The position numbers and the translations under genes were made by a program. Of a stretch of DNA of 64,000 nt, positions 27,739 to 37,211 are shown in pieces (position 1 is the stretch's first letter; each line of letters begins with the position of its first letter). The DNA comes from an uncultured Gammaproteobacteria bacterium. GTDB taxonomy: Bacteria; Patescibacteriota; Microgenomatia; UBA8517. The DNA is taken from the NCBI GenBank assembly GCA_964431555.1, contig CAYSJW010000004.1, positions 9,951 through 73,950 on the forward strand. The letters are read 5' to 3'. Below the pieces are notes generated by a model. It was not told the DNA's origin, ran no database searches, and saw only the letters and a program-made list of their open reading frames with translations.

Positions 27739-28449
27739 TTAGACAGTTGTTTTATACCATAAGTCGATATTCTTTGCTAAATCCTTGGGTTTTTCGTAAG
27801 GAAGTCGATGCCCCTGATCTTCGAATATAATAAGATCGCATTTCCTAACAAGTCTTTTAGCTAAAAGAGCATCTTTAATGGGAGTTATCCTATCTTTATT
27901 TCCCCATAAAATTAAGGTAGGTATTTTTATCAATTGAAGTAATGGACTTAAATCCTCCGAAATTATCCGTTTGAAAATCTTCTTCATTATTCCCTGAGCC
28001 TTTTCATAATCATGTTCACCGGCAGCTTTATAAAGAAGTTTCCTAAATTCATAAGCTAAGGGTGGAATAAATACAAAAATTTTGCCAGCCTTAGCCAGAA
28101 GATTGAAAATAAAGCGTTTCAAAAACTTCCCTCTTCTTATACCTCTTGCAGCACATAATATAACAGCCATTACATTCTTTTTTTCTGAAGCAATTTTTAT
28201 TGCCACCCCTCCTCCAAAAGAGTGGCCAAAAACTAAAAAATTTTCATCCCGAAAATATTTTCTTGCTTTCTCATAAAGATAATCAGAATAATCCTCAATT
28301 CCCCAGACTTTTACAGGGGCAGGTTTCTCAAATCCCGGCAATTTGGGTAAAAATACTTTCCAGCCTAATTTTTCCAACTCCTTTTTCAGAGGATAAAGTT
28401 TATTTTTACTTGCCCCCCAACCATGAATAAGCATTATTCTTTTATACAT
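27739..28449 (-). CDS. Alpha/beta-fold hydrolase
   Basis: HGWG oxyanion motif, LPGF, GHSFGG nucleophile elbow, WG..D, GH. Confidence 0.9.
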   Translation of the reverse strand: MYKRIMLIHGWGASKNKLYPLKKELEKLGWKVFLPKLPGFEKPAPVKVWGIEDYSDYLYEKARKYFRDENFLVFGHSFGGGVAIKIASEKKNVMAVILCAARGIRRGKFLKRFIFNLLAKAGKIFVFIPPLAYEFRKLLYKAAGEHDYEKAQGIMKKIFKRIISEDLSPLLQLIKIPTLILWGNKDRITPIKDALLAKRLVRKCDLIIFEDQGHRLPYEKPKDLAKNIDLWYKTTV

Positions 28450-28474
28450 AAAAAATTTATCTATTCAAAAAAAT

Positions 28475-29842
28475 CTATTTTAAAATTTTTACAGCCACTT
28501 TGAATTGATTTCCCCTATCTTTATAATCTTTAAACATATCAAAAGAAGCACAAGCTGGAGAAAATAAAACAATACCATTCTTTGGTGTTAATATTAAACT
28601 TTTTTTAACAATATCTTTCATACTTGCCTTACCCAATACTACGATTTTTCCCTTATAACCAATTTTCAACAAGGATTTCAAAATAATATCTGATACTTCA
28701 CCTATCAAAATAATATTTTTAATATTATCTCTTTTTACTATTTCTTTAGACATCAAATCATAAGACAGTCCTTTATCTGAACCTCCTAAAATTAAAGTCA
28801 TCTCTTCATTAAATGAATTAATTGCCGCAATGGTAGTGTTTGGATTAGTTGAAGATGAATCATTATAAAAACTAATACTATCCACCTTACCAATCAGCTC
28901 AAGCCGATGCTCCAACCCTTTAAATGATCTTATTACACTTTTAATCGATTTTATACTAGCCCCCGCCAAGTACGAAGAACAACATGCTGCCTGAACGTTT
29001 TCCCAGTTATGCTTACCTCTCAATAACAAATCACAAGTTTCTACTAATTTTTCTTTTCTATTCGCTATATTTAAAATCATATTTTCCCTTTCAATAAAAA
29101 CCCCATTTACCGGCTTCTTGCTACTAAAATATCTTACTTTAGCTTTGGTATACTTGGAAAATCTTCTTGAAGTCTCATAATCATAGTTTAATACTGCAAA
29201 ACATTCCCTTTCTTGGAATTTAACAATATTTAGTTTGGAATTTACATATTCTTTTTTATTTTTATGCCAGTCCAAATGATCCTCTGTAATATTTAAAACC
29301 ACAGATATATAGGGGCTTTTTCTCATATCAATTAACTGAAACGAAGAAAGTTCTAAAACCACCCAGGAATTAGAATTTACAACTTTCAAAAGTTCGAGTA
29401 CAGGATAACCTATATTTCCGGCGAGATATACATCAAAACCATCTTTCTTTAGAATTCTATAAATTAAAGTACTTGTAGTTCCTTTACCCTTGGTACCAGT
29501 AACTCCTATTATTTTCCCCGGACATAAATCAAAAAAAAGTTTTATTGCTGAAGTTATTATAACGCCTTCCTTTTCAGCCTCAATAATTTTAGGAAGAAAT
29601 CTGTAAACACCCGGGGACCTAAAAATATAATCATAACCCAATAATCCATCTTTTAAATAATCCTTGCCGAGGCAAAACTTTGTTCTTTTTAAATCTACTT
29701 TACTAAAATCCAACTCGTTTTTCGTTTTTTTATCATAAATAGTTATTTCACTATTATACTTAGATATAAATTTATAAACATCAAAACCATTAATTCCCCA
29801 TCCTAAAATAGCAACTTTCTTATCGTTAAAATCAATTAACAT
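28475..29842 (-). CDS. murD: UDP-MurNAc-L-Ala--D-Glu ligase
   Basis: SPG, GTKGKGTT, GNIG, ELSSFQL, DHLDWH, HRLE, SPACASFDMF..RG. Confidence 0.95.
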   Translation of the reverse strand: MLIDFNDKKVAILGWGINGFDVYKFISKYNSEITIYDKKTKNELDFSKVDLKRTKFCLGKDYLKDGLLGYDYIFRSPGVYRFLPKIIEAEKEGVIITSAIKLFFDLCPGKIIGVTGTKGKGTTSTLIYRILKKDGFDVYLAGNIGYPVLELLKVVNSNSWVVLELSSFQLIDMRKSPYISVVLNITEDHLDWHKNKKEYVNSKLNIVKFQERECFAVLNYDYETSRRFSKYTKAKVRYFSSKKPVNGVFIERENMILNIANRKEKLVETCDLLLRGKHNWENVQAACCSSYLAGASIKSIKSVIRSFKGLEHRLELIGKVDSISFYNDSSSTNPNTTIAAINSFNEEMTLILGGSDKGLSYDLMSKEIVKRDNIKNIILIGEVSDIILKSLLKIGYKGKIVVLGKASMKDIVKKSLILTPKNGIVLFSPACASFDMFKDYKDRGNQFKVAVKILK

Positions 29843-29852
29843 TAAAGGTATT

Positions 29853-31007
29853 TTATTTATTAAAAAGCTTCTTACTATCTTTGTAGACTGTTTTTATTTC
29901 TTTTTTCCTTTGAAGCCTTAATCTTTGTTGATTTAAAGTCTTAAATTCACCAATTTCATCATCGGAAAAACCCATTAAAAATATCTCAGGTACCAGCTCA
30001 ATCCCCAATTCTTTTTTTGCCTTACTATAAATGGTCTTTAAAACCTTAAGATAATCACGAGCAGTAGCTTTACCTTTATTGATAATAAAATTATGATGAT
30101 TCTCGGAAATCACAGCATCTCCTACTCCAAACCCGGTCATTTTTAAAACATGCTCAATAAGAAAACCCACAGAAGTCGTAGGAATTCCCAATTTCTCTTT
30201 TTGTTCTTGAGTTAAATTTTGAAAAGCACAACCTGGAGAGTTTCTTGGTTGAATACTTTTTCTCTTTTCCCATTCATACCTAACAAACTTAGCTCTATCA
30301 ACATCTCCTTTATAAAGCAAAAAATTTACATCCAAAATAACCTCACCCGTTACTTGAAACCGACTTTTATCATAATCTACTCCTAAGTCTTTTATATTTA
30401 AAGTCAAGATATCTCCCTTTTTATCAATAACTCTGACCGAATGAATAACTTCGCTTATAAAATGAGTTCCCCCGTGAATATTATTAAAAATAGCTCCTCC
30501 TATTGTTCCAGGAATACCTGCGAACCACTGTAAACCTGTAATTCCAAACTTAAACAAATAATCGATAGCTTCACCTAAACATACTCCGCTATCAATTCTG
30601 ACTTTAATCCTGGGGTAGCCACTTTCATCATAATCCAAATCTTTAAATTCGTACTTGAAAGAGCCAACCGATTTATCCGACTGCCAACGATACTGAGGAT
30701 GTTTTAATTTTCCAAGTTCAATTTTATTTCCACTACCCAAAATTTTAATACCATTACTTCTGTTCACAATTACCAATCCCTTTATGCCCTTATCTGAGAT
30801 CAAAACATTACTTCCACTTCCCAACACAGTTACAGGAATCCTTAATTTCCTTGCATATTTCAATGCTTTAAGTAATTCTTTTGTTGATAAAGTTTCAAAC
30901 AACAAATCAGCCGGACCTCCGATATTAAGGTAGGTGTAAGAAGAAAGCTTTTTATTTAAAACAGCTCTATCTCCTAATATCTCCTTAAGTTTATATATAT
31001 TATTCAT
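29853..31007 (-). CDS. murB: UDP-N-acetylenolpyruvoylglucosamine reductase, with an internal insertion
   Basis: IGGPA, GSGSNVL, GIPGTIGGA, S.GC.F.N, H.NFIIN, L.PE. Confidence 0.9.
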   Translation of the reverse strand: MNNIYKLKEILGDRAVLNKKLSSYTYLNIGGPADLLFETLSTKELLKALKYARKLRIPVTVLGSGSNVLISDKGIKGLVIVNRSNGIKILGSGNKIELGKLKHPQYRWQSDKSVGSFKYEFKDLDYDESGYPRIKVRIDSGVCLGEAIDYLFKFGITGLQWFAGIPGTIGGAIFNNIHGGTHFISEVIHSVRVIDKKGDILTLNIKDLGVDYDKSRFQVTGEVILDVNFLLYKGDVDRAKFVRYEWEKRKSIQPRNSPGCAFQNLTQEQKEKLGIPTTSVGFLIEHVLKMTGFGVGDAVISENHHNFIINKGKATARDYLKVLKTIYSKAKKELGIELVPEIFLMGFSDDEIGEFKTLNQQRLRLQRKKEIKTVYKDSKKLFNK

Positions 31008-31030
31008 TTATATATTAATTATTAAACTAT

Positions 31031-32452
31031 TTACTTAAGCCCAAACTTCCTTAAAGATTCATAAATATGAAAAATATCACCCGCACCCAATGTAATAACT
31101 ACATCACCTTTTTTGATAAAATCCGACAGCCATTTTATAATCATATCCTTTTTAGGTAAATAATACGTATTTTCAGTATATTTTTTTATTTCTTCCACAA
31201 GTAACTTAGATGAAATTGTTTCATCCTTTGATTCTCTCGCAGACGAGTAAATTTCAGTTAAACATACAGTATCAGCATCCTTAAATGCTCTGGAAAATTC
31301 ATAAAACAATGCCTTCGTACGCGAAAAGGTATGGGGCTGAAATATTGCAATAATTCTGCGCTTTGTAAACCATCTTCGAGCGGCTCCTAGAATCGATACA
31401 ATTTCTGAGGGATGATGAGCGTAATCGTCGTAAAAAATGGCACCTTTATAAAAACCCATCCTCTGAAACCTCCTTCTACATCCCTTATATTTTTTTATCC
31501 CCCTTTTTATGTTATTTTCACAAATATTTAATATTAGACCAACTATGAAAGATGCTGTAGCATTCCTGACATTGTATTCGCCAGGCAAATTAATAACTAT
31601 ATCTTTGTAAATCTTTCTATTTCTCTTATCAAAAAGATCAAATAAAGTCCTTTGATCATCATTTCTGACATTAATTATCCGGTAATCTGATCTATCACTA
31701 AAACCATAGGTTAATATTTTTATTTTCAGGCTTTTAATAACCTCTTCTACGTTCGGATTATCAATACAGGCTATCAACGCCCCATTTTCAGGTATTTTAT
31801 TGAAGAACTTTTTAAAAGCCAACTTTGTTTCGGAAAAACTAGCATAAACGTCCGGATGATCATATTCTATGTTTGTCACAACCGTTATAAAAGGGTTTAA
31901 AAGCAAAAATTTTGGAGTGTTATTCACTCCAGGCGAGATTACATAATCATCCGCCTCACAAACGAAAAATTCTCCATTTTTGTCATAATGCCCGGGATTT
32001 CCCAAAGGAAATATTTCAGCAACACCAATAACATACGAAGGTCTTAATTTAGAATAGTGAAGCATTGTTGCAATTATAGATGAGGTAGTCGTTTTTCCAC
32101 CAACTCCACAGACGCTTATCACTTTTTTTTGGTTGGCCAAATTAGACATAAATTCGGCATATGATTTTACCGGAATATTTTTCTTTTTGGCTGATAATAC
32201 TTCTGGATTCAAAAAACCCTGATGAGCTGCGGTTGTAACCAAAAGATCAGGTTTTGGTCTTAAATTTTTCTCACCAAAACCTTCCTTCCATTTAATATTA
32301 TTCCTTTTTAACGTTTCATCCGTAACAAAGATTTCCGAAACATCACTACCGGTTATCTTCTTACACAAATCTTTAACACACAAACAAAGAGCTGTCATAC
32401 CCACACCCTTTATTCCTGTAAAATGAATGTGTTTAAGTTTGTCAATATCCAT
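31031..32452 (-). CDS. murC: UDP-MurNAc--L-Ala ligase
   Basis: GIKGVGM, GKTTT, EADD, NIEYDHPD, DDYAHHP, FQPH..SRT, GAGD. Confidence 0.95.
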   Translation of the reverse strand: MDIDKLKHIHFTGIKGVGMTALCLCVKDLCKKITGSDVSEIFVTDETLKRNNIKWKEGFGEKNLRPKPDLLVTTAAHQGFLNPEVLSAKKKNIPVKSYAEFMSNLANQKKVISVCGVGGKTTTSSIIATMLHYSKLRPSYVIGVAEIFPLGNPGHYDKNGEFFVCEADDYVISPGVNNTPKFLLLNPFITVVTNIEYDHPDVYASFSETKLAFKKFFNKIPENGALIACIDNPNVEEVIKSLKIKILTYGFSDRSDYRIINVRNDDQRTLFDLFDKRNRKIYKDIVINLPGEYNVRNATASFIVGLILNICENNIKRGIKKYKGCRRRFQRMGFYKGAIFYDDYAHHPSEIVSILGAARRWFTKRRIIAIFQPHTFSRTKALFYEFSRAFKDADTVCLTEIYSSARESKDETISSKLLVEEIKKYTENTYYLPKKDMIIKWLSDFIKKGDVVITLGAGDIFHIYESLRKFGLK

Positions 32453-32475
32453 AAAATATTGTAAAAAATTAAATT

Positions 32476-33843
32476 TTAATTTCTAAATATCTTCTTGACA
32501 CCACCTTTCAAAGCAATTTTTACTGCTTCATAGTCTGACCAGGGATATTCTATATTCCTATAAGCCATACTTTTTTCATGACCTTTACCACAAATAACTA
32601 TAATATCATCTTTTTTGGCAATCTTTTGTAACACCAAAGATATTGCTTCTCCCCTTTCTGCAACTCTGCAAAAAAAATGTTCTCCCTTTCTTATATCCAG
32701 ATTTTCTAAGTTATGATAATTCATCTCTTTAGCTTTATTCCTCAATGCACCCACTACCATTTCGTCAATAATTTTCTCTACATCTTCATTTCTCGGATCT
32801 TCAGCCGTAAATACCGATATTTCTGCAATTCTCGCAGAAATACCACCCATTATACTTCTTTTCTCCCTGTATCTTTCTCCCGCACAACCAAAAATAACTA
32901 TCAATTTACCCTTCGTGATCAATTTTAGATATGACAATACATTTTCCAAAGAGTCAGGTGTGTGTGCAAAATCGATGAATATTCTAAAGCCTTTATTATT
33001 TTTTATCTCGTCAAGCCTTCCTTTAGGCAATTTAAACGATAAAAGCGATTTTAAAGCATCTTTCCTTTTAATTCCAATAATCCTGCCAGCCAAGACCGCC
33101 GCTTCAGCATTTAAATTATTGAAATAACCGGGAAAAATATCAATTTTTGTTACCTTTGGACAGATAATTTTTTTCTCACACGAATTAATAAATTTTAATT
33201 TTGTTTCCTTATATCTATTAAAAGTTTTATGATAATCCAAATGCTCCGGTGAAATATTGGTTAAAATCCCAATTCTAAAGAAGATTCCAGCAATTCTCAT
33301 TTGATCTATTCCATGAGAACTTACTTCCAAGATCGCATATTTTATGCCCTTATCAAGTATCTTCCTTAATATCTTATTTATCTCCAAAGGTCCGGGAGTA
33401 GTTACATGCAAACCGGGGTAAGTAATTGAGGAAATCATTCCACATTTTTTTCCCCAGTAATTAAGAATGTGATTTAGCATATGAACGGTGGTTGTTTTGC
33501 CTTTTGTTCCTGTTACTCCAATTACATAAAGTTTTCTACTTGGGTCACCATACCAAGACGATGCAACCTTAGCCAAAGCAAGGCGACTGTCTTTCACCTT
33601 GACATAGGTTATCTTTTTTAACCAATTAGATTCAGGTTCATTTTCTCCAATTACAGCTAATGCTCCTTTTTTAATAACCTGAGGTATAAAATTGTGTCCA
33701 TCATGAGTTAATCCTTTTACGGCTATAAAAAGACTTCCCTTTTTAGTTTTTCTTGAATCGTCACTGATTGAACTTAAAAGAATATTTTCTTTACCAAAAA
33801 TTTCGTAATTATCCAGTTTCTGAAGAATTTTTGATAGCCTCAT
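32476..33843 (-). CDS. murE: MurE tripeptide synthetase (third-residue specificity uncertain)
   Basis: DSR, GTKGKTT, TTP, EVSSH, EHLDYH, DFAHTPD, EDPR, GKGHE. Confidence 0.93.
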   Translation of the reverse strand: MRLSKILQKLDNYEIFGKENILLSSISDDSRKTKKGSLFIAVKGLTHDGHNFIPQVIKKGALAVIGENEPESNWLKKITYVKVKDSRLALAKVASSWYGDPSRKLYVIGVTGTKGKTTTVHMLNHILNYWGKKCGMISSITYPGLHVTTPGPLEINKILRKILDKGIKYAILEVSSHGIDQMRIAGIFFRIGILTNISPEHLDYHKTFNRYKETKLKFINSCEKKIICPKVTKIDIFPGYFNNLNAEAAVLAGRIIGIKRKDALKSLLSFKLPKGRLDEIKNNKGFRIFIDFAHTPDSLENVLSYLKLITKGKLIVIFGCAGERYREKRSIMGGISARIAEISVFTAEDPRNEDVEKIIDEMVVGALRNKAKEMNYHNLENLDIRKGEHFFCRVAERGEAISLVLQKIAKKDDIIVICGKGHEKSMAYRNIEYPWSDYEAVKIALKGGVKKIFRN

Positions 33844-33858
33844 TTATTAATATAATTA

Positions 33859-35148
33859 CTAGGATATCTCCTCAATCTTTGCTCCTAGTTTTTGTAAATT
33901 TTCAGAAAAATGCGGGTGACCTCTATATAAAGACTCTGCGTTAAGAATAATCGATTCTCCTTCAGCAATCATAGAAGACATAACCATTGCTACCACAGCT
34001 CTTATTATATAAGGAGCTTCTAAAGTGTCACCATACAGTTTTCTTCCCGCCGTTACAATCACTCTGTGAGGATCTGCAATAATTACGTTCGCGCCAAGTT
34101 TTTGAAGTTCACTTACCCAAAAAAGGCCGCCTTCATACATCCAATTATGAAACATTACCTGACCCTTTGATGCCGACAAAGCCAAGGGTATAAAAATCGG
34201 CAGATTATCCACCATAAGTCCCGGCCAAGGCCTGGGTTTAATTAATAGATATCCTCTTCCTTCCTCCTCCTTAATAATTACTTTTTGATTCTTTTCAACA
34301 TAAGCTGAATCACCATCATATTTAATATCCACTCCAAATGATTCAAAAGTTTGTCTTATCGGCTCAAAAGACCATTTATTTACACCATTCACCCTTACAA
34401 AGCCGCCCGTCGAAGCTCCCATAGCCAAAAATGTTGCCACTTCATGATCATCGAAAACAATCTTATACTCGTGAGGAGTAAGTTGACTGCCACCTTCGAC
34501 TTCCAAAATACTCGAAGCTATTCCCTTAATTTTTGCGCCGCAAGAGACCAAAAAATTACACAAATCTTGTACCTGCGGTTCTGACGCAGCTCCAACAATT
34601 TTCGTCTTACCCTTTAGACCTACAGCCAGCATAATGACGTTTTCGGTTGCAGTTGGACTCATCTCTCTTAAAAATATCTCTCTGCCACAAGCCTCTGATA
34701 TATCCATCCTCGCACTATGCCTATCTTCATTAACTTTTACACCCAAATCTGAAAAAGCTCGGTAATGTGGAGTCAAGGTTCTAAAACCAAGCGTGCATCC
34801 GCCCGGCAAACCCTCAAAGACAACTCTACCAAACCTTGCCAACATCGGACCCCAAAGTAGTGAAATACCTTTCATATTCCCCAAATCTTCTTTTGTTAAT
34901 TCATCAAATCTCAATTTTGAGTTATCTATGGTAATTTTCCCAATACTCCTCTCATAATCTATCTTGCTCCCTAACTTCTTTAACACACTAATCAATCTTT
35001 CCACATCGGAAATGTCTGGAATATTTGAAAAAGTAACAGGTTTATCAAAAAGTATAGAAGAAGGTATTAAACAGACTGCCGAATTCTTATAGCCGGAAAT
35101 ATTTACCGTACCAGATAATACCTGACCGCCTTGAACCCTGATATTCAT
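33859..35148 (-). CDS. murA: UDP-GlcNAc 1-carboxyvinyltransferase (divergent)
   Basis: G.KN, LPGGC..G.R, ATEN, EP.V.DL, RG....ENL..LGA. Confidence 0.88.
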   Translation of the reverse strand: MNIRVQGGQVLSGTVNISGYKNSAVCLIPSSILFDKPVTFSNIPDISDVERLISVLKKLGSKIDYERSIGKITIDNSKLRFDELTKEDLGNMKGISLLWGPMLARFGRVVFEGLPGGCTLGFRTLTPHYRAFSDLGVKVNEDRHSARMDISEACGREIFLREMSPTATENVIMLAVGLKGKTKIVGAASEPQVQDLCNFLVSCGAKIKGIASSILEVEGGSQLTPHEYKIVFDDHEVATFLAMGASTGGFVRVNGVNKWSFEPIRQTFESFGVDIKYDGDSAYVEKNQKVIIKEEEGRGYLLIKPRPWPGLMVDNLPIFIPLALSASKGQVMFHNWMYEGGLFWVSELQKLGANVIIADPHRVIVTAGRKLYGDTLEAPYIIRAVVAMVMSSMIAEGESIILNAESLYRGHPHFSENLQKLGAKIEEIS

Positions 35149-35179
35149 AAAATTTATAAATTATTTTAGCACACTTTAT

Positions 35180-36892
35180 CTAGTTTTTTGGTTGAATACC
35201 AAAATGTATAAAAAGATCTTTGGCAATAGAATACCATAAAGGAGCAGCGGTCTCTGAAGCCCAGGGAGAACTTTGAGGCTCTCTTAAAGTAACAAGCATA
35301 ACAAACTTCGGATCCTCATAAGGCGCAAAACCTATAAAACTGGCTATTGTTTTTTCTTCATCATAATGGCCTTTTATGGGAATTTGAGCCGTTCCCGTCT
35401 TCCCAGCAACTCTAAACCCTTTAAGATTCGTCCATTTTGACTCACCTTTTTCTGCCGCTTGAACCATCATCGTGGTTATTTCCCTAGCCGCCCTTTCAGA
35501 AATGATTCTCTTTCCAGTATCTTTTTTTACGTCCATTTCCCAACCATCTCCTACTATTTTATTCACCACTTTAGGCTTTAAAATTACACCTTTGTTGGCA
35601 ATTGCCCCCACCGCTCTGATCATCTGAATTGGAGTTACAGCTACTCCCTGACCAAAACTTGCCGTAGCAAGATCAATCAAACCCCAATCCTCTTTTTTCC
35701 GCAATCCAGGATTCATCTCTCCCTGTAAATCAATTTCCGTCTTTTCTCCTATTCCAAATAAACTCAAATACTTTAACATTTTGTCTACACCCAATTTTTG
35801 TCCAACAAAAACCATACCAACATTATCCGAGTGAATGATAACATCAGTCATATTAGACTCCGGATAATAAACCTTGTTCCAAGTTTCAATTGTATATTTA
35901 TCAATTTTAATCGGTCCTTTACACAAATCACACTTGGTACTAGGTTCGACAACCTTCGCATCCAAAGCAGACGCCATAATCAATACTTTAAAAATCGAAC
36001 CAGGTTCAAAAGACACAGCTATCGCAGGATTTTGAAAAAGTTGATCGTTAAAATTAAAGTATTTTCGAGGATCATACGAAGGGTAAGAACTCATAGCAAT
36101 AATTCCTCCAGTTTTTGGATCCATTACTATTGCAGTACCACCTTTCGCGCCATATCTTTCAATTCCTTCCCTTAACTTTTTATCTAATTTCAAATTAACA
36201 CCCCTATCAATATATGTTAACAAATCCGCTCCCTTTATAGCCAGCATTTCTTTAAAATTCTCACCTGCAATAGGCAACCCTGTTGCATCACTATCCCTCA
36301 CCAGATAACCAGGCTTACCTGAAAGAACAATATCATAGTATCCCTCAAGGCCAAAGTATCCTTGATCACCGCCGTTACTATTTTTTCCAACAAAACCTAA
36401 AAGATGTGCCGAGATTGAAGCTTCAGGATAATATCTTACCTCCTGCTCTTCAAAACCAATACCCTTTATCCCCATTTTTTGGATTTTTTCTTTAACCGAT
36501 GTTTCGACTCTTTGTTTTAATGGAGCCCAAACTATCTTCTTTTTACTCAAAACTTCCTTGATTCTATTCGATTCAGAAAGTAGTGCATCTTTATCATCGA
36601 CATTCTCAACAAATAAAGGAGAAAGTCTATCAGCAATCGAATCTATCTGCTCTTCAATTTCTGGTAAATTTGCGAAGATCAGCCAACTTTCCTTTGAAAC
36701 TGCCAAATAACTTTTATCTGAAGCTAAAATGCTTCCTCTTGGAGCATTGATTTTCAGGCTAGATTGTTGCTGCATTTTGGCTTGAATTGATAATTCCTCA
36801 TTCTTACTAATCTGCCAATAGTAAAGCCTAACCAACAAAACAAAAAAAATGAAAAAAATAAAAGTAAAAAGAAGTTTTAATCGCAAAAGCAT
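35180..36892 (-). CDS. ftsI: Class B penicillin-binding protein (FtsI)
   Basis: RG.I, RYYP, GLEG.YD, EPGSIFK (SxxK), SDN, KTGTAQ. ATG at 36892 preferred over 36970. Confidence 0.93.
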   Translation of the reverse strand: MLLRLKLLFTFIFFIFFVLLVRLYYWQISKNEELSIQAKMQQQSSLKINAPRGSILASDKSYLAVSKESWLIFANLPEIEEQIDSIADRLSPLFVENVDDKDALLSESNRIKEVLSKKKIVWAPLKQRVETSVKEKIQKMGIKGIGFEEQEVRYYPEASISAHLLGFVGKNSNGGDQGYFGLEGYYDIVLSGKPGYLVRDSDATGLPIAGENFKEMLAIKGADLLTYIDRGVNLKLDKKLREGIERYGAKGGTAIVMDPKTGGIIAMSSYPSYDPRKYFNFNDQLFQNPAIAVSFEPGSIFKVLIMASALDAKVVEPSTKCDLCKGPIKIDKYTIETWNKVYYPESNMTDVIIHSDNVGMVFVGQKLGVDKMLKYLSLFGIGEKTEIDLQGEMNPGLRKKEDWGLIDLATASFGQGVAVTPIQMIRAVGAIANKGVILKPKVVNKIVGDGWEMDVKKDTGKRIISERAAREITTMMVQAAEKGESKWTNLKGFRVAGKTGTAQIPIKGHYDEEKTIASFIGFAPYEDPKFVMLVTLREPQSSPWASETAAPLWYSIAKDLFIHFGIQPKN

Positions 36893-36893
36893 T

Positions 36894-37211
36894 TCATTGA
36901 GCTTTGGCAAAAGTACTACTACCGGACTGTATATAAATGAACTTTTCAGGCTGAACAAAACCAAGGTCACTGGAGGATTTTTCTAAATTAACTAAAGAAT
37001 TAAGTGAAACAAGCTCATTTGATAACAAATTAACCGACTTATCCAAATCCCTTATTTTTTCCTCATGCATATACATTTGAACACCCATCGAAGAAATCTG
37101 AATCGCAAAGTAGACATTTAAAATCAGTAAAAATAAATCAAAAAACCAAAACAAACTACACTTAAGATTTCTAATAGCTGCAAACTTATTTTTTCTATAT
37201 TTTGTTTTCAT
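36894..37211 (-). CDS. ftsL: FtsL-like cell division protein
   Basis: 105 aa, TM plus coiled coil, LGF.P, position between rsmH and ftsI. Confidence 0.6.
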   Translation of the reverse strand: MKTKYRKNKFAAIRNLKCSLFWFFDLFLLILNVYFAIQISSMGVQMYMHEEKIRDLDKSVNLLSNELVSLNSLVNLEKSSSDLGFVQPEKFIYIQSGSSTFAKAQ

